Shown here in pieces: positions 12,515-27,294 of a DNA stretch of 64,000 nucleotides. Location: assembly GCA_964016885.1 (NCBI GenBank), contig OZ024748.1:50778001-50842000 (forward strand). Reading direction: 5' to 3'. The notes beneath the pieces are model-generated. The model worked only from the letters and a program-made list of their open reading frames with translations. It searched no databases and was not told where the DNA came from. The translations under genes were made by a program, and so were the position numbers. Within the stretch, counting starts at the first letter, position 1. The number at the start of each line of letters is the position of its first letter. This DNA comes from Eledone cirrhosa (Eukaryota).

Positions 12515-14944
12515 TGGTGGAACAGTAAGGTCGAAGAGTCAACCAAGGCCAACAAGCAGGCTTGGAAAGTATGGCAGGATGGGGGAAGTAGAGAGCACTA
12601 TCAAGTGGCCAGGAGAGAAGCTAGCAGACAAGTGTACCTTGCAAAAAGGGTAGCAGAGGATAGAAAGTTCAAGCATGTTCTACAACGTGAGGACCAAAAA
12701 CGTGAGGTGTTCAGGATTGCTAGACAATGTATCAAGGAAAACCGTGATATTGTCGGGGAGAAGTGTGTCCGTAATGATAACGGTGTACTTGCGCTCACTG
12801 ATACTGATAAGAAGATAGCCTGGAAGTGTCACTACGAGAGACTATTAAATGAGGAGAATAAATGGGAAAAAGATAGTCTGCCCGAAATCGATCAATAGAA
12901 GGACCAACGGTGCAATTTAAAGGTTGTATAATAAGTAAGGCAATCAAAGATATGAAGACATGCAAGGCAGCTGGGCCTTCGGAGATAGTTGCTGAGATGT
13001 TGAAGGCATCTGGTACGGTGGGACACACTACGGTCACCCGTATAGTTAACCAAGTAATACAGAATGGGGTCATACCGAAAGACAGGCGTAGGAGCATCAT
13101 CATTAACTGCTACAAGGGTAAAGGGGATGCTCTAGATAGGGGAAACTATAGAGGCATTAAGTTAGTTGACCAGGTCATGAAGGTCACAGAAAGAGTTATA
13201 GCGCAACTAATCAGAGAGCGAAATGATCTAGATGAAATGCAGTTCGGGTTTGTGTCAGGTAAAAGTACCACAGACGTTCTTTTCCTTGTACGACAACTAC
13301 AAGGGAAGTGCCTAGCTAAAAGTAAACCCCTCTACTTAGCTTTTGTAGACCTGGAGAAAGCCTTTGACAGAGTCCCCCGCTCCATTATCTAGTGGGCTCT
13401 TAGAAAACTAGGTGTAGATGAATGGCTTGTGAGAGCTATACAAGCTATGTATAATGAAACAGTCAGTAAGGTTAGAATTAACAATGAATATTGTGAAGAA
13501 TTTAGTGTAAAAGTTGGCGTTCAACAATGCTGTGTCCTTAGCCACCTCCTATTTATTATTGCCCTTCAGGCTATAACAGAGGAGTTCAAGACCGGCTGCC
13601 CATGGGAACTCCTATACGCAGATGATCTAACCCTCATAGCTGAATCAATGGCTGAACTAGAGAAGAAATTCGAAACATGGAAGCATGGCCTAAAATCAAA
13701 AGGCCTTAAAGTTAACTTGTCTAAGACTAAAGTTCTAGTTTGTAGAAAGGGAAATAGGGCACATGTGCCCTCAGAGAAATGTTCATGCTCAGTGTGTAGG
13801 AAAGGAGTAGGCAGAAATTCCATTTGATGTCCCAAATGCAAAGTATGGGTACATAAAATATGTAGTGGTATCACAGGTAAACTATCTAAGAACGTAGACT
13901 TTATATGTGGCCAATACGCAGGTGCAATAAGTAGCAAGTGTCCAAAGGATATTAGCTCCTTCTATTGCCCAGATGGTTGTATAGAAATAGTAGACACTTT
14001 CCGTTACCTGGGTGGCGAAATCAGCAGTGGTGGAGGGTGTTCTGAAAGTACAGTAACTAGAGTCAGAACGGGATGGAAAAAGTTCAGAGAGCTTATTCCC
14101 CTGTTGGCCACAAAAGGTTTCTCTCTAAAAATGAAAGGCAGATTGTATGATGCCTGTATATGAACAGCAATGCTACATTGCAGTGAGATATGGGCATTAC
14201 GTGCAGAGGACCTGCGTAGACTGGAAAGGAACGAAGCATGCATACTCCTTTGGATGTGTAATAGTAATATACCTGAACGGCAAAGCATAAATGAACTAAG
14301 TGAGAAATTAGGAATAAGAGGGATCAGATGCTGTTTACTTGAGAGACGACTACGTTGGTATGGTCACGTGATGCGCATGAAAGACGACGGCTGCATAAAA
14401 AAGTGCAGGGCGATCAAAATTGATGGTAGTTACGCAGTAGGTAGACCCAGAAAAACCTGGGATGATCTGATAAATTCCGACCTCACACACTTACATCTCT
14501 CTAAGACAATGTCTCTGGACCGAGATCTTTGGCGCTACGCTGTAATACAGAAGACCCGCCTTGCTTATGTACAAAGCGAAACCTACAGTGAGTAGGCACC
14601 TCTTAACCAAATATACACCTCAATCCACTACCCCTATCCTATCCTTCCACTCCCACCAACAACACGAGAAAATGAGATCGAGATCGTATAGGTGTCACGA
14701 CAAAAAACACACACGGTCAACGCTGTAATGTGGCCGTGTAGGTAACACGGTAAAAAGTTCCCAGTTCCACACTGTAAATGTGGTTGGTGTTAAGAAGGGC
14801 ATCCAGCCGTAGAAAACCTGCCAGATAGTCCTATATGAGCGAGACACGGTCACCCGACCAGCCTTGCCTCAAGTGGGACAACTCCCGTCTAACCCATGTT
14901 AGCGTGGAAAATGGACGTTAAACGAAGATGATGATGATGATGAT
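12515..14944 (+). mobile_element. 5'-truncated, decayed RTE-clade LINE (reverse transcriptase pseudogene) with (GAT)n tail
   Basis: NYRGIKL, QFGF, FVDLEKAFDRV, LLYADDL, RRLRWYGHVMR and GRPRKTW motifs across ORFs 12485-14595, broken by in-frame stops; 3' UTR ends ggacgttaaac+(gat)n. Confidence 0.93.
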
Positions 14945-15661
14945 AGGAACAAGTATGACCCCGACGGCAGAGCTCAAGCCATTTCGACGGCTATTTCTGG
15001 ACTAAATAAGAATTTTTAGCGTGGTAAATAAATAGCCGAACTTCTCAGGGGGTATTTCCTGATATGGGAAGATAGTAATTGTCAAAAGGATTGATCAAAA
15101 ATTTGTTGTAAAGACAGATGAATCTATCATGGCATTTGGTGGGAGGTAGGGGTGGCTGAACTTGCAGGTAGAACAAAGAGGGAGTAGGGGAAACCCAATC
15201 AAGCGTTGAAAGTGAAATCTATACAGCAGATTCTAAGGATAGTGTATAAAAGGTCGGAAAAATTGTACTGAAGAAAGGAGAGGGAAGTTGAAAGAATAGG
15301 TAAATCGAAAGGGAGTAAAAAAAAACCATTATACAAATAAGGAAATAAATATATAAAAACAATTTCTGGTTACTACTCCATCTTCGTTCTACTGGCAAGT
15401 TCAGCCTCCCCTACCTTCCACCAAGTGCCATGATAGATTCATCTGTCTTTACAACACATTTTTGACTAATCCGTTTGACAATTACTATCTTCCCATATAA
15501 GGAAATACCCCCTAAATGCTTATTTAGTCCAGAAATAGCCGTCGAAACGGCTTGAGCTCCGCCGTCGGGGTCATACTTGTTCCTATTACCCACTCTACTA
15601 CCCTAAGTATTGAGTACTTTGGTGCGTTATGGTCCATCTGGGTCCTTACCACAATTCTTTG

Positions 15662-15665
<4 letters not shown>
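14944..15665. mobile_element. Two PLE pLTR copies in inverted (divergent) orientation
   Basis: 14944-15170 is the reverse complement of 15395-15585; the right copy has its HHR core deleted. Confidence 0.8.
14958..15053 (-). ncRNA. Type I hammerhead in PLE pLTR (core CTGAGAA, C3/A8 mismatch)
   Basis: Minus strand: acccc-CTGAGAA-gttcggctatt...aatagccgtc-GAAA-tggc...gccg-TC-ggggt. Confidence 0.7.
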
Positions 15666-15745
<80 letters not shown>

Positions 15746-15810
15746 GGCCCTTGAAATATGTATAATAAAATAAATATGGTTTTATAAATATAGTTTCCAT
15801 TTGTTAATAT

Positions 15811-15887
<77 letters not shown>

Positions 15888-16170
15888 ACATACATGCATA
15901 CATAAATACAAAAATACATGCTGGCTGCATATAATTTTGTAGATAACTGTAATAGAATCAAGGAGACATATACTGAAAAGAAACAAATAAGTATACATTC
16001 CTTTCTTAATTGACTTCAGATTCTAAATTCTCCTCCCGCTGAATCATCAGCACATACACTTACTCTGACACTCCACCATGTCTCCTATCATTGTATCTCT
16101 ATATGTACAGCGTCTCTACACTTATCCACCAGAGATGAACAAAAAAGTTAAACATATGTCATAAGCAAAA

Positions 16171-16797
16171 TCATCACCATCATCATCATCATCATCATGA
16201 TCATCATCATCATAATGATAATGATTATAATCCAAGCTGTCATCATCATCATCATCATCATCATCATCACAATCATCATCGCCATCATTATCGTCATCAC
16301 CATCATTATCGTCATCACCATCATTATCGTCATCATCACCAGAATCATCATCATCATCATAATGATAATGATTATCATCGATGCTGTCATCATCATGATC
16401 ATCATCATCATCATCATCACAATCATCACCATCATTATCGTCATCCTCACCAGAATCATCACCATCATCAACATCATCATCATCGTCATCACCATCACCA
16501 TCATTATCGCCACCATCATCGCAATCAGCACGATCATCACGATCATCATCATCATCATCATCTTCATCATCACCATCATTATCGTCATCCTCACAGGAAT
16601 CATCATCATCATTATCATCATCATCATCATCATCATTATCGTCACCATCATCACAATCATCACCATCATCAAAATCATAATTGACGACGTCTTCATCATC
16701 ATCACCAACGTCATCATCATCATCATCCTCATCATCATAATCATCCTCATCATTGACGTCATCATAATCTTCATCATCATCATCGTCATCATCATCG

Positions 16798-16828
<31 letters not shown>

Positions 16829-16911
16829 TTTCATCATCATCATCTTTATCATCATCATCGTTATGATTTATATCCACATCGTCATCATCATCATCATCAT
16901 CATCACCATCC

Positions 16912-16956
<45 letters not shown>

Positions 16957-16962
16957 CCATCC

Positions 16963-17001
<39 letters not shown>

Positions 17002-17002
17002 C
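16171..17002. repeat. Degenerate (CAT)n trinucleotide satellite
   Basis: Directly visible; the poly-Asp/Met/Ile ORFs are artefacts. Confidence 0.92.
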
Positions 17003-17800
17003 CAAGAGCACCATTAACAGTATTAACAGCAACACTGCTTTTTTTCAGAAGTCTTTATCATAATTATAAATACTAGTATTCTTAATTAGTATCTTTTATG
17101 GAATATGTTCTTAGATGTTTTATCACTGGGAATATTGTGTCTTATACACCCCGTCATCAATTTACACACACATACTCTCACACACACATACACACACACA
17201 TACTCTCACACACTCTCTCTCTCTCTCTCTCTCTCTTACACACCTAAACACACATATATGTATATATATGCGTTTGCACACAATTTTGCATATGTATATA
17301 TGCATATATTCACACATGCTCACCTACATACTCACACACACGTGTATATATATATGTATATATATATATATATAACCTTAGAAAGTTAACAAAAAGAAGA
17401 CAGGACTACAAACGTAAACAGGGCAAAAGGGAAAACAATGTTTTGAAGGGAAAACCTTAAAAATTACTTTTTGAAACGAAAGACACATAACTCCAGAATA
17501 TTCAGCCGTTGAGATGGACTTTGGCAGTTTCGAACACTACCAATGTTACTGCGTGTCCTCCCACAGTCATAGCGTCTTACACAAGATGGAGTAAGAGACA
17601 AGACAAAATAAATATGTATAGCAATTAAGCTAAAACATGTACTCATAGAATATTATGTGACGTCAGGGCGAAGGTCGCGTAGGTTTTATAGCATGAGTGT
17701 CTCGTGAGATAAAAAAAAGAAAGAAAGAAAAAGAAAAAAGCAAGAAACAAAGCATACACACACACACACACATACACACGCACACACACACATACGCACG

Positions 17801-17831
<31 letters not shown>

Positions 17832-17834
17832 GTA

Positions 17835-18012
17835 ATAATTGTTTCTACTTTAGGCACAAGACCAGCAATTAACCAGTGCATTACTGGTACTTTGTTTTAT
17901 CGACCCCGTAAGGATGAAAGGCAAAGTCAACCTCGGCGGGATTTGAACTCAGATCGTAAAGGGACGTAACTATGCTGGAAAGCATGGCGTCCGACCCTCT
18001 ACCGATACTGCT
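17835..18012 (-). mobile_element. SINE
   Basis: Reverse complement of the SINE consensus. Confidence 0.8.
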
Positions 18013-18341
18013 AGTCTATCTATATAATAATGAAATACACACACTTATGCATATGTATATATGTGTGTGTGGTGTCCGTCTTAACAAGTTTTACTCGATC
18101 ACCGAAAGAGCTAAAATACTCAAAATAATTAAAATAACTCAATATTCCGAGCTATTTATCAAATTATACGCGTTTGTAACAAATGAGAAAATATGTAGGT
18201 GCGGTGGGAGGAGTTAACACGTGATACAGTGGTAACAAAAAGGATTGCTTCTTTTGTAGCAAGTGAGAATATATCGAGAGCGGTTATCGAGCAAAACCTG
18301 TTCTGAATCTGTGTGTATTTCATTATTATAGTGTCCCAAAT

Positions 18342-18532
18342 GGCGGTGACTTGGAAGTATCGGTAGAGGGTTGGACGCCATGCTTTCTAGCATAGTTACG
18401 TCCCTTTACAATCTGAGTTCAAATCCCGCCGAGGTTGACTTTGCCTTTCATCCTTACGGGTTCGATAAAATAAAGTACCAGTAATGTACTGGGTAATTGC
18501 TGGCCTTGTGCCTAAAGTAGAAACAATTATTA
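18342..18532 (+). mobile_element. SINE, full length
   Basis: ggcggtgacttggaagtatcggtag...gagttcaaatcccgcc...cctttcatccttacggg...cctaaagtagaaacaattatt. Confidence 0.82.
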
Positions 18533-18800
18533 TAATGTCCCAAATTGGTCGAGTTATCCCAGGAGTGTACTAACTACTTTTACTAGCAAATACGTTATTC
18601 TCTCTCTGTCCACCCTCCTACACTTCTGTTACCACTCTATCATCTGTTAATTTCTCCCTCCGCCTCTCCAGATATTCTCACTTACTACAAAGAAACAGTC
18701 CTTTTTTTACCACTGTATCACGTGTTAATACCTCCCTGCGACTCTGGAGATTTTTTTCACTTGCTACAAATGGGTCAAGGAAACAGTCCTTTTTCTTGAG

Positions 18801-18889
18801 GGGTCTCTTGATAAGCCATATTAGCCTCACAACGATAATGCATTTTTATAGTGCAGAAGCTGCACACGGTGAAACTGCACTCGGGACTT
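18801..18889 (+). ncRNA. Type I hammerhead, U3:A8 core, stem III mismatch
   Basis: gggtctc-TTGATAA-gccat...acggt-GAAA-ctgcac-TC-gggactt. Confidence 0.68.
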
Positions 18890-18942
18890 TGAAGAATAAT
18901 TAGGTAAATTTTTGTCTACTAATTCCTCATATTTTGTAATTT

Positions 18943-19118
<176 letters not shown>

Positions 19119-19224
19119 TATATAGGATTTTTTTCATTCTGATGATTGAAAGCAAAATTGTTTGCTTTTAAGAAACCACTGGTAAATGGAATAATTGCCT
19201 TATGTTGTTTATTACATAACTATA

Positions 19225-19257
<33 letters not shown>

Positions 19258-19557
19258 GGGTGGGGGAGGGGTATATATACTAGCATATTACCCGTCAAAA
19301 ATGACAGCGTTTAAATTAATATTGAATTTGATACTTCCTTGATGACAACGTTCTATGTAGAAATATTTGGAACGTCGAATTTCCGAGACTCTATCCATTT
19401 CTCACTATGGTCGTCACCTTATTTATATGTTACATTCATTTAGAATACATCTTTCCATATTTACTCCAATCATTATCAATCATGACTGTACTAAATTATA
19501 ACAAATTTGTACTACATACCTTCCTCTCTTCTTTCTCACCCTCTTTCTCTATCACTC

Positions 19558-19645
<88 letters not shown>

Positions 19646-19936
19646 TAGAAAGTAAGGTTTTTTTTGGGTTTTTTTACAAAATGAAAAATAACCGAGGTGT
19701 CCTACATGAGTGAAAGTATAAAGAAAAAAAAGATGTAATCGAAAATGCAACAGGAGTCTTATTTAAAAAAATATATATATATTTATTTGGTTCCTTCTCA
19801 CATGTGAGAAAAACCACAGACCCTCCATCTCAACTCCACTTTTGAAAAGCAGAAGAACTGCGAAACCGGTAAAAGGACCAAATAAATATATAGATTTTTT
19901 TAAAAATAAGACTCCAGTTGCATTTTCGATTTCATC

Positions 19937-20003
<67 letters not shown>

Positions 20004-20164
20004 TTATATATATATATATATATAGGAACATGTTTGACTCCAACGACAGAGTTCAAGCCGGTTCGACGGCTATTAAACATTTTCTTATTACCCACTCTAC
20101 TACCCCAAGTATTGAGTACTCTGGTGTGTTATGGTCCATCTGGTTCTTTACCACACCTCCTTCG

Positions 20165-20224
<60 letters not shown>

Positions 20225-20231
<7 letters not shown>

Positions 20232-20784
20232 AAAAAATGGGGAGAAGAATACTGCTGTTTGCACATGGATAACATGTAATAAAATAAGTCCCTCATCAGT
20301 GATTTGCCGACGATCATAGATATTTCATTGCATTAAAAATCATATACCTCACGTCGGTGCAATAATAACTAAATTAAGTTATTAGGACAATTAAAACGCG
20401 TAAAGCGAGTGAAACAAGATAACAACAAAGAGGATAGCTAACCGTAGAAGGAAGGGAACAAGCTTCATAGTTATTCTGTTAGCATAAGCTAGGTGAATAT
20501 ATGAGCGCTTAGAAAAAAGACCTTTCGGGAACGAATTCAAATGTGAGAAAGAGAGAAAATGATTTCGTCGCGAACGGGGTGAAGTGAGAAGAGGAGAAAC
20601 AGTGAGTGAGTGAGTGGAAGTGTGAGGAAGAGTTAACTGACATGACAGAGGGGGCGAAAGAAAGTAGGAGAAACATAGAGAGCGAGGGAGCAGTAAGAGA
20701 TAGAGAGAGAGAAAAAAACAGAATCGCAGTTTAGGTAAATATATGTGAAAAAATGGGGAGAAGAATACTGTTGGTTGCACATGG

Positions 20785-20787
<3 letters not shown>
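20225..20787 (-). mobile_element. Non-autonomous repeat unit (~516 bp) with direct terminal repeat; family also at 29330-29575 and 58060-58295
   Basis: atgtgaaaaaatggggagaagaatactg occurs at ~20227 and ~20743; the three copies share a structured core. Confidence 0.65.
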
Positions 20788-20831
<44 letters not shown>

Positions 20832-21267
20832 CGAATAACGAAGGAAATGTGGTCAGGAACCAGGTGGACCATAACGCACTATTTCTTTCTTTATTTCTTT
20901 CTTTCTTTCTTTATTTATTTCTCTAGCCTAACAATAGCTAGAGACTTAGGTCGTAGAACTTGCTTTTATACTCTTTTTTCTTTACACTTATTCGCTTTTC
21001 ATCACTCTCAGTATTTTTTCTTTCATATATATATTTTTTACCCCTCATTGTTCTACCTACCGTTTCGACTTCCTCCCCCTCCCCCTCCCCAGTATCTTCT
21101 TTGACCTCACGCCCAGCTGTAGCTGGCACTACCAACGCATGATTGGGTCTACTCCACCCCCTCCCCCTTTTCTCCTACTGGCAGGTTTTGCCACCATCTC
21201 CCCTACTAATTTGCAATCACAGAATTACTACTACCTTTTGACAATCACTTTGACCATATATGGAATT

Positions 21268-21361
21268 ACCCCTTGAGAAGCTCGGCTATTTAAATACCAG
21301 GATAAATTTTCATTTAGTCCAGAATTAGCCGTCGAAACGGCTTGAGCTCAGCCGTCGGGGT
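21268..21361 (+). ncRNA. Type I hammerhead, U3:A8 core, intact; predicted cleavage after GUC at 21356
   Basis: acccc-TTGAGAA-gctcggcta...tagccgtc-GAAA-cggct(tgagctc)agccg-TC-ggggt. Confidence 0.82.
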
Positions 21362-21394
21362 CTTACTGGTTCCTATATATATATATATATATAT

Positions 21395-21459
<65 letters not shown>

Positions 21460-24303
21460 CTTAACTGTGTGTGCCGGAAGGAGAATTACAATTTCCGAAA
21501 CAAATGTAGTATTACGTTTTGTCAAATGAGATTTCCATGTTATACTCATACATACAGAGGCATATATAGAAATATATGTATGTGTGTCTGTGTGTATCTC
21601 AGCTTCTAGAGACAGAGAAAGCAAGACATATTGTGGTTATTCTGAAATTAGTGGCATTAGTGGTGGTGTAGGGGGGGGGGGGTGAACCACTGTAAGCAGA
21701 AAATCCAAAACTTTGTCACCATGAATATTCATTAGGATATTATTTCTTGTTGAAAGTTACAAGTTAGGTGTTAAAGTTTCCAATGAATTAAAAGTAAAGA
21801 GACAATTAAAAGCAAACAACCAAATCCAAAGCTGCTAGCATTGTTTTTTTCCCCTTTTGATATAGATGCGATTTGAACCAGTCTTCTTTGATGGTTGGTA
21901 AAGAAGCAATTATGATCAGTTACTCTTCAGCTATCTCTTCATCGAAACATCTTTCACATTTCATTAACCTCTACCTTTTCAATTTTCCTAAAATATATAA
22001 GAAGATAAAACGAAATATCCATATCAGTTTAGTATTTACATTACATAGAATATCTAAGTTTCTTTTTCCTTTTTTTTCCTATGGAATATCTTTACTAAAC
22101 TGAAGTAGATTTGAAAGTAATAGGAACATGGAAATAACAAGGAGCCATAATTAACTGTGACTAGATTCCAATCAAAAGCTCTTCTCTAACGAAATATCTT
22201 CGCTTTATCAACAGCAGCTACAAAAATCGAACACAACACAACAATAACTACAACGAAGATGATAATGATGAATATACTACTACTACTACTACTACTACTA
22301 CTAATACTAATACTACTACTACTACTACTTATAATAACAATAATATGGACATGGTGATGACGAACATAATAAGGATGATGACGATAATAAAACCCTTAAA
22401 CATATGCAGTATTCGACTTTCTCCTCCTACTATAAATCCTCTGAATGATTTTGAAAATTTGCGTTTAAAATTTCACTTCTTATTCAGTTTGACTCATCAC
22501 ACACAATTTGTCTGTCCTCGTATATAGAAATTTTGCCATTGAATGATGCCAATTTAAATGATGTCTTATTGTCAGGCAGCACAAATGGTAAGAATTTAGA
22601 AATTCCAAGAACAAATAAAAAATAAGACTAAACAAAGGAGAAATAAAGGAAAATAAATAGAATAAATGGATGAATGAAAGGAAGAATAAATAAATAGATA
22701 AATAAATAAATATATAAATAAATAAATGACTATATAATTAAATAAATAAGTCAATAAGTCAATAAGTCAAATGAATAGAAAGCAGATCTGATAAAGTTTT
22801 ACAAAATAAATTATCAAGTTAGCTCTTTTAGGCAGAAATAAACAAGATTTCAATTTAAAGCCAACAAAGGCCTTTGGCCTTTTGCATTCTAAATGTTCCT
22901 TATATGGTAACGTATCAAATGGTAAAGCGAGCTGAAATAAATAAATAAATAAAGATGTCAAGAAAATTAAAGAAAGGAAACAAATATAGAAATAGAAACG
23001 ATGAGAATTATTCTCTTCTAAAATTGTTGTTTTTTTGTTTTTATTTCTTTATTTTTTGTTGTTGATTTATTTCATGTCGATTTAAGTTGTGAAACTGAAG
23101 TATCATTAAAAAACATACTCGGATCAATTGAGTTATTATCTTATCGACTAATGATTCGCTTACACTGCGCCATCACTAATATAGTAATTGCTGTGTGTCT
23201 TTCTTTCTTGATTGTAGAAAGGGATGATTAAATGGAAACTGAGAACAAGAATAAAATAATGAAACAAAATAAAATAAAAAAGATGAAAATAAAGACAAAT
23301 AAAAGCAGCAGAAGAGAAAAGAAATAAGAAGGGAAGACAAGAAACGAAAAGAAAGCACTCTTCTCCTTTTGCATTATTCATTTCGCCTAATCTGTAACCG
23401 CCATTCGCAGATCAACGCTTGTATGCCTAGAAGCTATATTTGTTCTTAAATGCTTCTTCAATCTTTTCCCCTACAACGGCCGCCATCTTGAACAAACGAC
23501 CGGAATTTGTGTTTCTTTTTTCTAATATATTATTGCCATCAGTTTAAATTGGCCATTGACAAAATTTGAAATTTTATATTTCTCCCACCTCCACATACTA
23601 CCATATACACGATATAACTACTGGCGGCTACGTGCTCGGCCATTGCCTTCGGAGTCGGTATAAAGGGATTTAAATAGAGATAAATACTATTTAGCATCAA
23701 ACAAATTAACTTGGGCGAGATTCTCATCAAAAACACGTCTCTAACGTCATCTCTCTTTATACAAAATAAATACACCAAAACAACGGCATGGATATCAACG
23801 CTGAAAGAAGAGGCAAGTATCAAAGTAGATCATAGCAAATCATTTAGTCTACTGCCGTGTGGCTTGTGACAAATTGCATCAACACATGCTGCAACGAAAT
23901 AATAGTTTTTGTTCAAGTTAAGTATAAATGACTTTTCATGGTTTAAGCAGAGGTGGAAAATAATCGACATGACAGAGTGAGGGTCCCCCATGACAGATGG
24001 GAGAAGGAACGGATGTTATCCTCAATCAAGAGACTGTCCCTAACGCTTGTGGTTCAGGTGACTCCACTGAAGACGTTCTTGTCAAATTAGAGGTAACAAA
24101 TTCAATACACTGAGATTTAAATAACTAATTAGAATTACACATGTAATAAGGAAAAAATACAATGTTGACTCAAAGATTCATCCGCATGCAGTCATACTGT
24201 ACCAGAAGCCCAGCGACCATACCTTTGCTCTGCAATACGGTAGATATGGGAGACCTAGGGACTAATTACACTCTGAGTGGTCGTCACGCCTTTCCAAAGC
24301 ATT

Positions 24304-24352
<49 letters not shown>

Positions 24353-25542
24353 AGCTGTCAGACAAAACTACTTTCTGAAGTCAATTGGATGATAAACATT
24401 TGAACCATCAACATCGAAGGGCTGTATATGGAATCATATACTATATATATTTATAATAAATATACTGGAGTTTCGCTATGAATATATATTATAAACGCTG
24501 TGATCATGTTAGTCCCAATTCTAGTTACATGACCAGAAAGTCTTTAATTCATACAGAGCTCTGAATTAAGCAATAAGTTAGCCACTCCATCAAAAGAGCA
24601 GTATAAATCAGTGTTTCTCAATCGGACCCCATATGGCCCTTGGGAGGCCCTATAAGGTTACTAGAGGTTGAGAAACAATGTTATATATTAAAGTATGAAG
24701 ACGATGTGCTTTCTTGTCTTTTATTCTTTATGTTAAAATATGTAGCTTTGAATTTGGTGGGGACCTAGTTTAAGATGGTATATGGAAAGACGGGGAGGAG
24801 TAGAAATGATTAACTAGGGAGCATATATGAGTGTCGGAGAAGAAAAAACAACTGTAAGATAGGATGTCCAATAAGGGATTTGTTACAGAATCTAAGTGAA
24901 GCGTAAATGAGGTCTGATTACTTATACCACCATATTGTTAATGCTAATAAAACGGTCTGACACAGGAGTCTAACGTCCCTCTCTTTCTCCTTAAAAACCT
25001 CTCTATATCACTCTCTATCTCCCATTTCCAAACACTTTGTTTCCTCACATCGTTATTTTATCTAGCTATCTAGCTATAATATCTACCTAGGCGGTTTTCC
25101 CCTGTCTGGTGGCTATGGCGAAAGTGGTCGATGAGGTTGAAAGGACTGAGGGCAAACACCTTCCTCTCCAGACAACAACTCATCCCCTTCTTTAAATACC
25201 ACTTCAGAAGGAAGGTGAGTGGTGCTGCACCCCAGTAAATTCGCTGAAAGGTGGGTAAATGTGGCGGAAATGACTCGAGTGAATGGGCCTTCACTGTATA
25301 TAAACCTGCAGGTTTATATGCAGAGGGAAAGAGGGAAGACGGGAACGCCTACAAAACGTGCTGCTGGTGTTGAGGGTTGTTCTTTCTACGGGGCATAAAA
25401 CAATCCCGCAGTAACGTTCCCCTTGTTGGGAATTTCGATCGTTATTTTATATTATATATAGTTTATACGAATTTTATGTAAATCCTCCGCCGTCACATCT
25501 TGTAATATCCCATTTCTTGTACGCCCTTGTGGCAAATAAACA

Positions 25543-25613
<71 letters not shown>

Positions 25614-25658
25614 TTTTCTATCTATCTTTCTGCCTATCTAACCATGTATATATATATA

Positions 25659-26325
25659 AGAGTGAGAAATGAAATTTCGTTTCATTTTTTCCATGTATAT
25701 ATATATATATATATATATATACATGGAAAAAATGAAACGAAATTTCATTTCTCACTCTTAGTACGGTAGTTAATTAAATGTAAGTATGTATGTATACGTA
25801 CATACATATATGTATACAGACGTACAGTAGTATGTATATATATACATACATGTACACATATATACATGTACGTATCGGTTTACCGAACATTTATTATAAT
25901 ACTCGGTTTCTTTGTAAACAAACAGCCCGAATTAAGCCGTACAGTGTTTAGCAACCATCATTGCCCTTTTGTTCAATACTAACAAAGGAACGATGTATTA
26001 GTTTCAAGCTTATTAGCAATCGTTAGCATCGTATACCTTCCTGCCAGATGATTGATCTGAAAGTATATACTTTCCTTATGCATATTAACGGCTGAGCAGC
26101 CTAGTGTGAATATCGAGTGAGTTGAGTCGGCCGGGCGCACCGAAAACGATAAATGGAAAAAATGAAACGAAATTTCATTTCTCACTCTTTGTACGGCTGG
26201 TACTTAAATGTAAGTAAGTATGTATACGTACATACATATATATATACAGACGTACAGTAGTATGTATATATATACATACATGTACACATATATACATGTA
26301 CATATCGTTTTACCGAACATTTATA
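25659..26325 (-). mobile_element. Partial tandem (~430-bp period) HHR-containing repeat with a short inverted terminal piece
   Basis: atggaaaaaatgaaacgaaatttc at 25723 and 26153; inverted piece at 25659-25695; HHR at 25990-26032(-) with a G5A change (acgatg-CTAACGA...GAAA-ctaa-TA-catcgt). Confidence 0.72.
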
Positions 26326-26769
26326 TATCTATACATATACCTAGCAATGTAGCTAGTTAGCAAACTACATGGAAGTTACCAACTTACCTAGCGTCATAAC
26401 TATCAGTGTTTATCAACCTAGCCATCTATCTATTTATCTACCTGTCTAAATATGAGGATAAACACACACATATACAATATATATGTGTGTGTGTGCGGTT
26501 GTTACATATGTATATATGTATGCATGCATGTATATATATATATATATCAATTGTCGTGTCTATCTTGGCTCAGGCCGCAGGATGATGATGATGATCTATC
26601 TCTGTTATTACACCTAACTCCACATGCGTAGATATATTGTAACTTTATATGTACCTGCATGTGTGCATATAGGTATATGTATCGGCATTATATATATATA
26701 TATATGTGTGTGTGTCTGTGTGTGTGTATATATATATAGACACACACACAGATATATCTAGATATATAT

Positions 26770-26819
<50 letters not shown>

Positions 26820-26890
26820 GAGAGTTATTAACTCATTTTGATACCCTGTAATTAACAAGCTCAAAGTATAAATACTGAGCATTATATAAT

Positions 26891-27160
26891 AATAAAGTAC
26901 CAGTAATGCACTGGGTAATTGCTGGCCTTGTGCCTAAAGTAGAAACAATTATATAATAATAATAGCGGCCATTGGATTGGCAGTATCAGTAGAGGGTCGG
27001 ACGCCATGCTTTCCAGCATAGTTACGTCTCTTTACGATCTGAGTTCAAATCCCGCCGAGGTTGAGTTTGCCTTTCATCCTTACGGGGTCGATAAAATAAA
27101 GTACCAGTAATGCACTGGGTAATTTGCTGGCCTTGTGCCTAAAGTAGAAACAATTATATA
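26891..27160 (+). mobile_element. SINE preceded by a duplicate of its own 3' end
   Basis: aataaagtaccagtaatgcactgggtaatt..cctaaagtagaaacaattat occurs at 26891 and ~27095. Confidence 0.8.
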
Positions 27161-27294
27161 ATAATAATTTATTTGTATTTCGGCTCCCTAACTAGGTGAG
27201 CTTATAGGACGAGTGTAATAAGGCTATTATTTCTAGCACAACTACTCATACCACGTATAGCTTACAACCCACAAGGTGTATTTCACTTGATCTT

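Noticed and set aside
16122-16877. 251-aa Asp-rich ORF resembling an acidic biomineralisation protein
   Set aside because: It is a degenerate (CAT)n repeat open in several frames, with no signal peptide or evident splice context
18342-18432. tRNA gene
   Set aside because: It is a tRNA-like SINE head fused to the SINE body, with no proper cloverleaf
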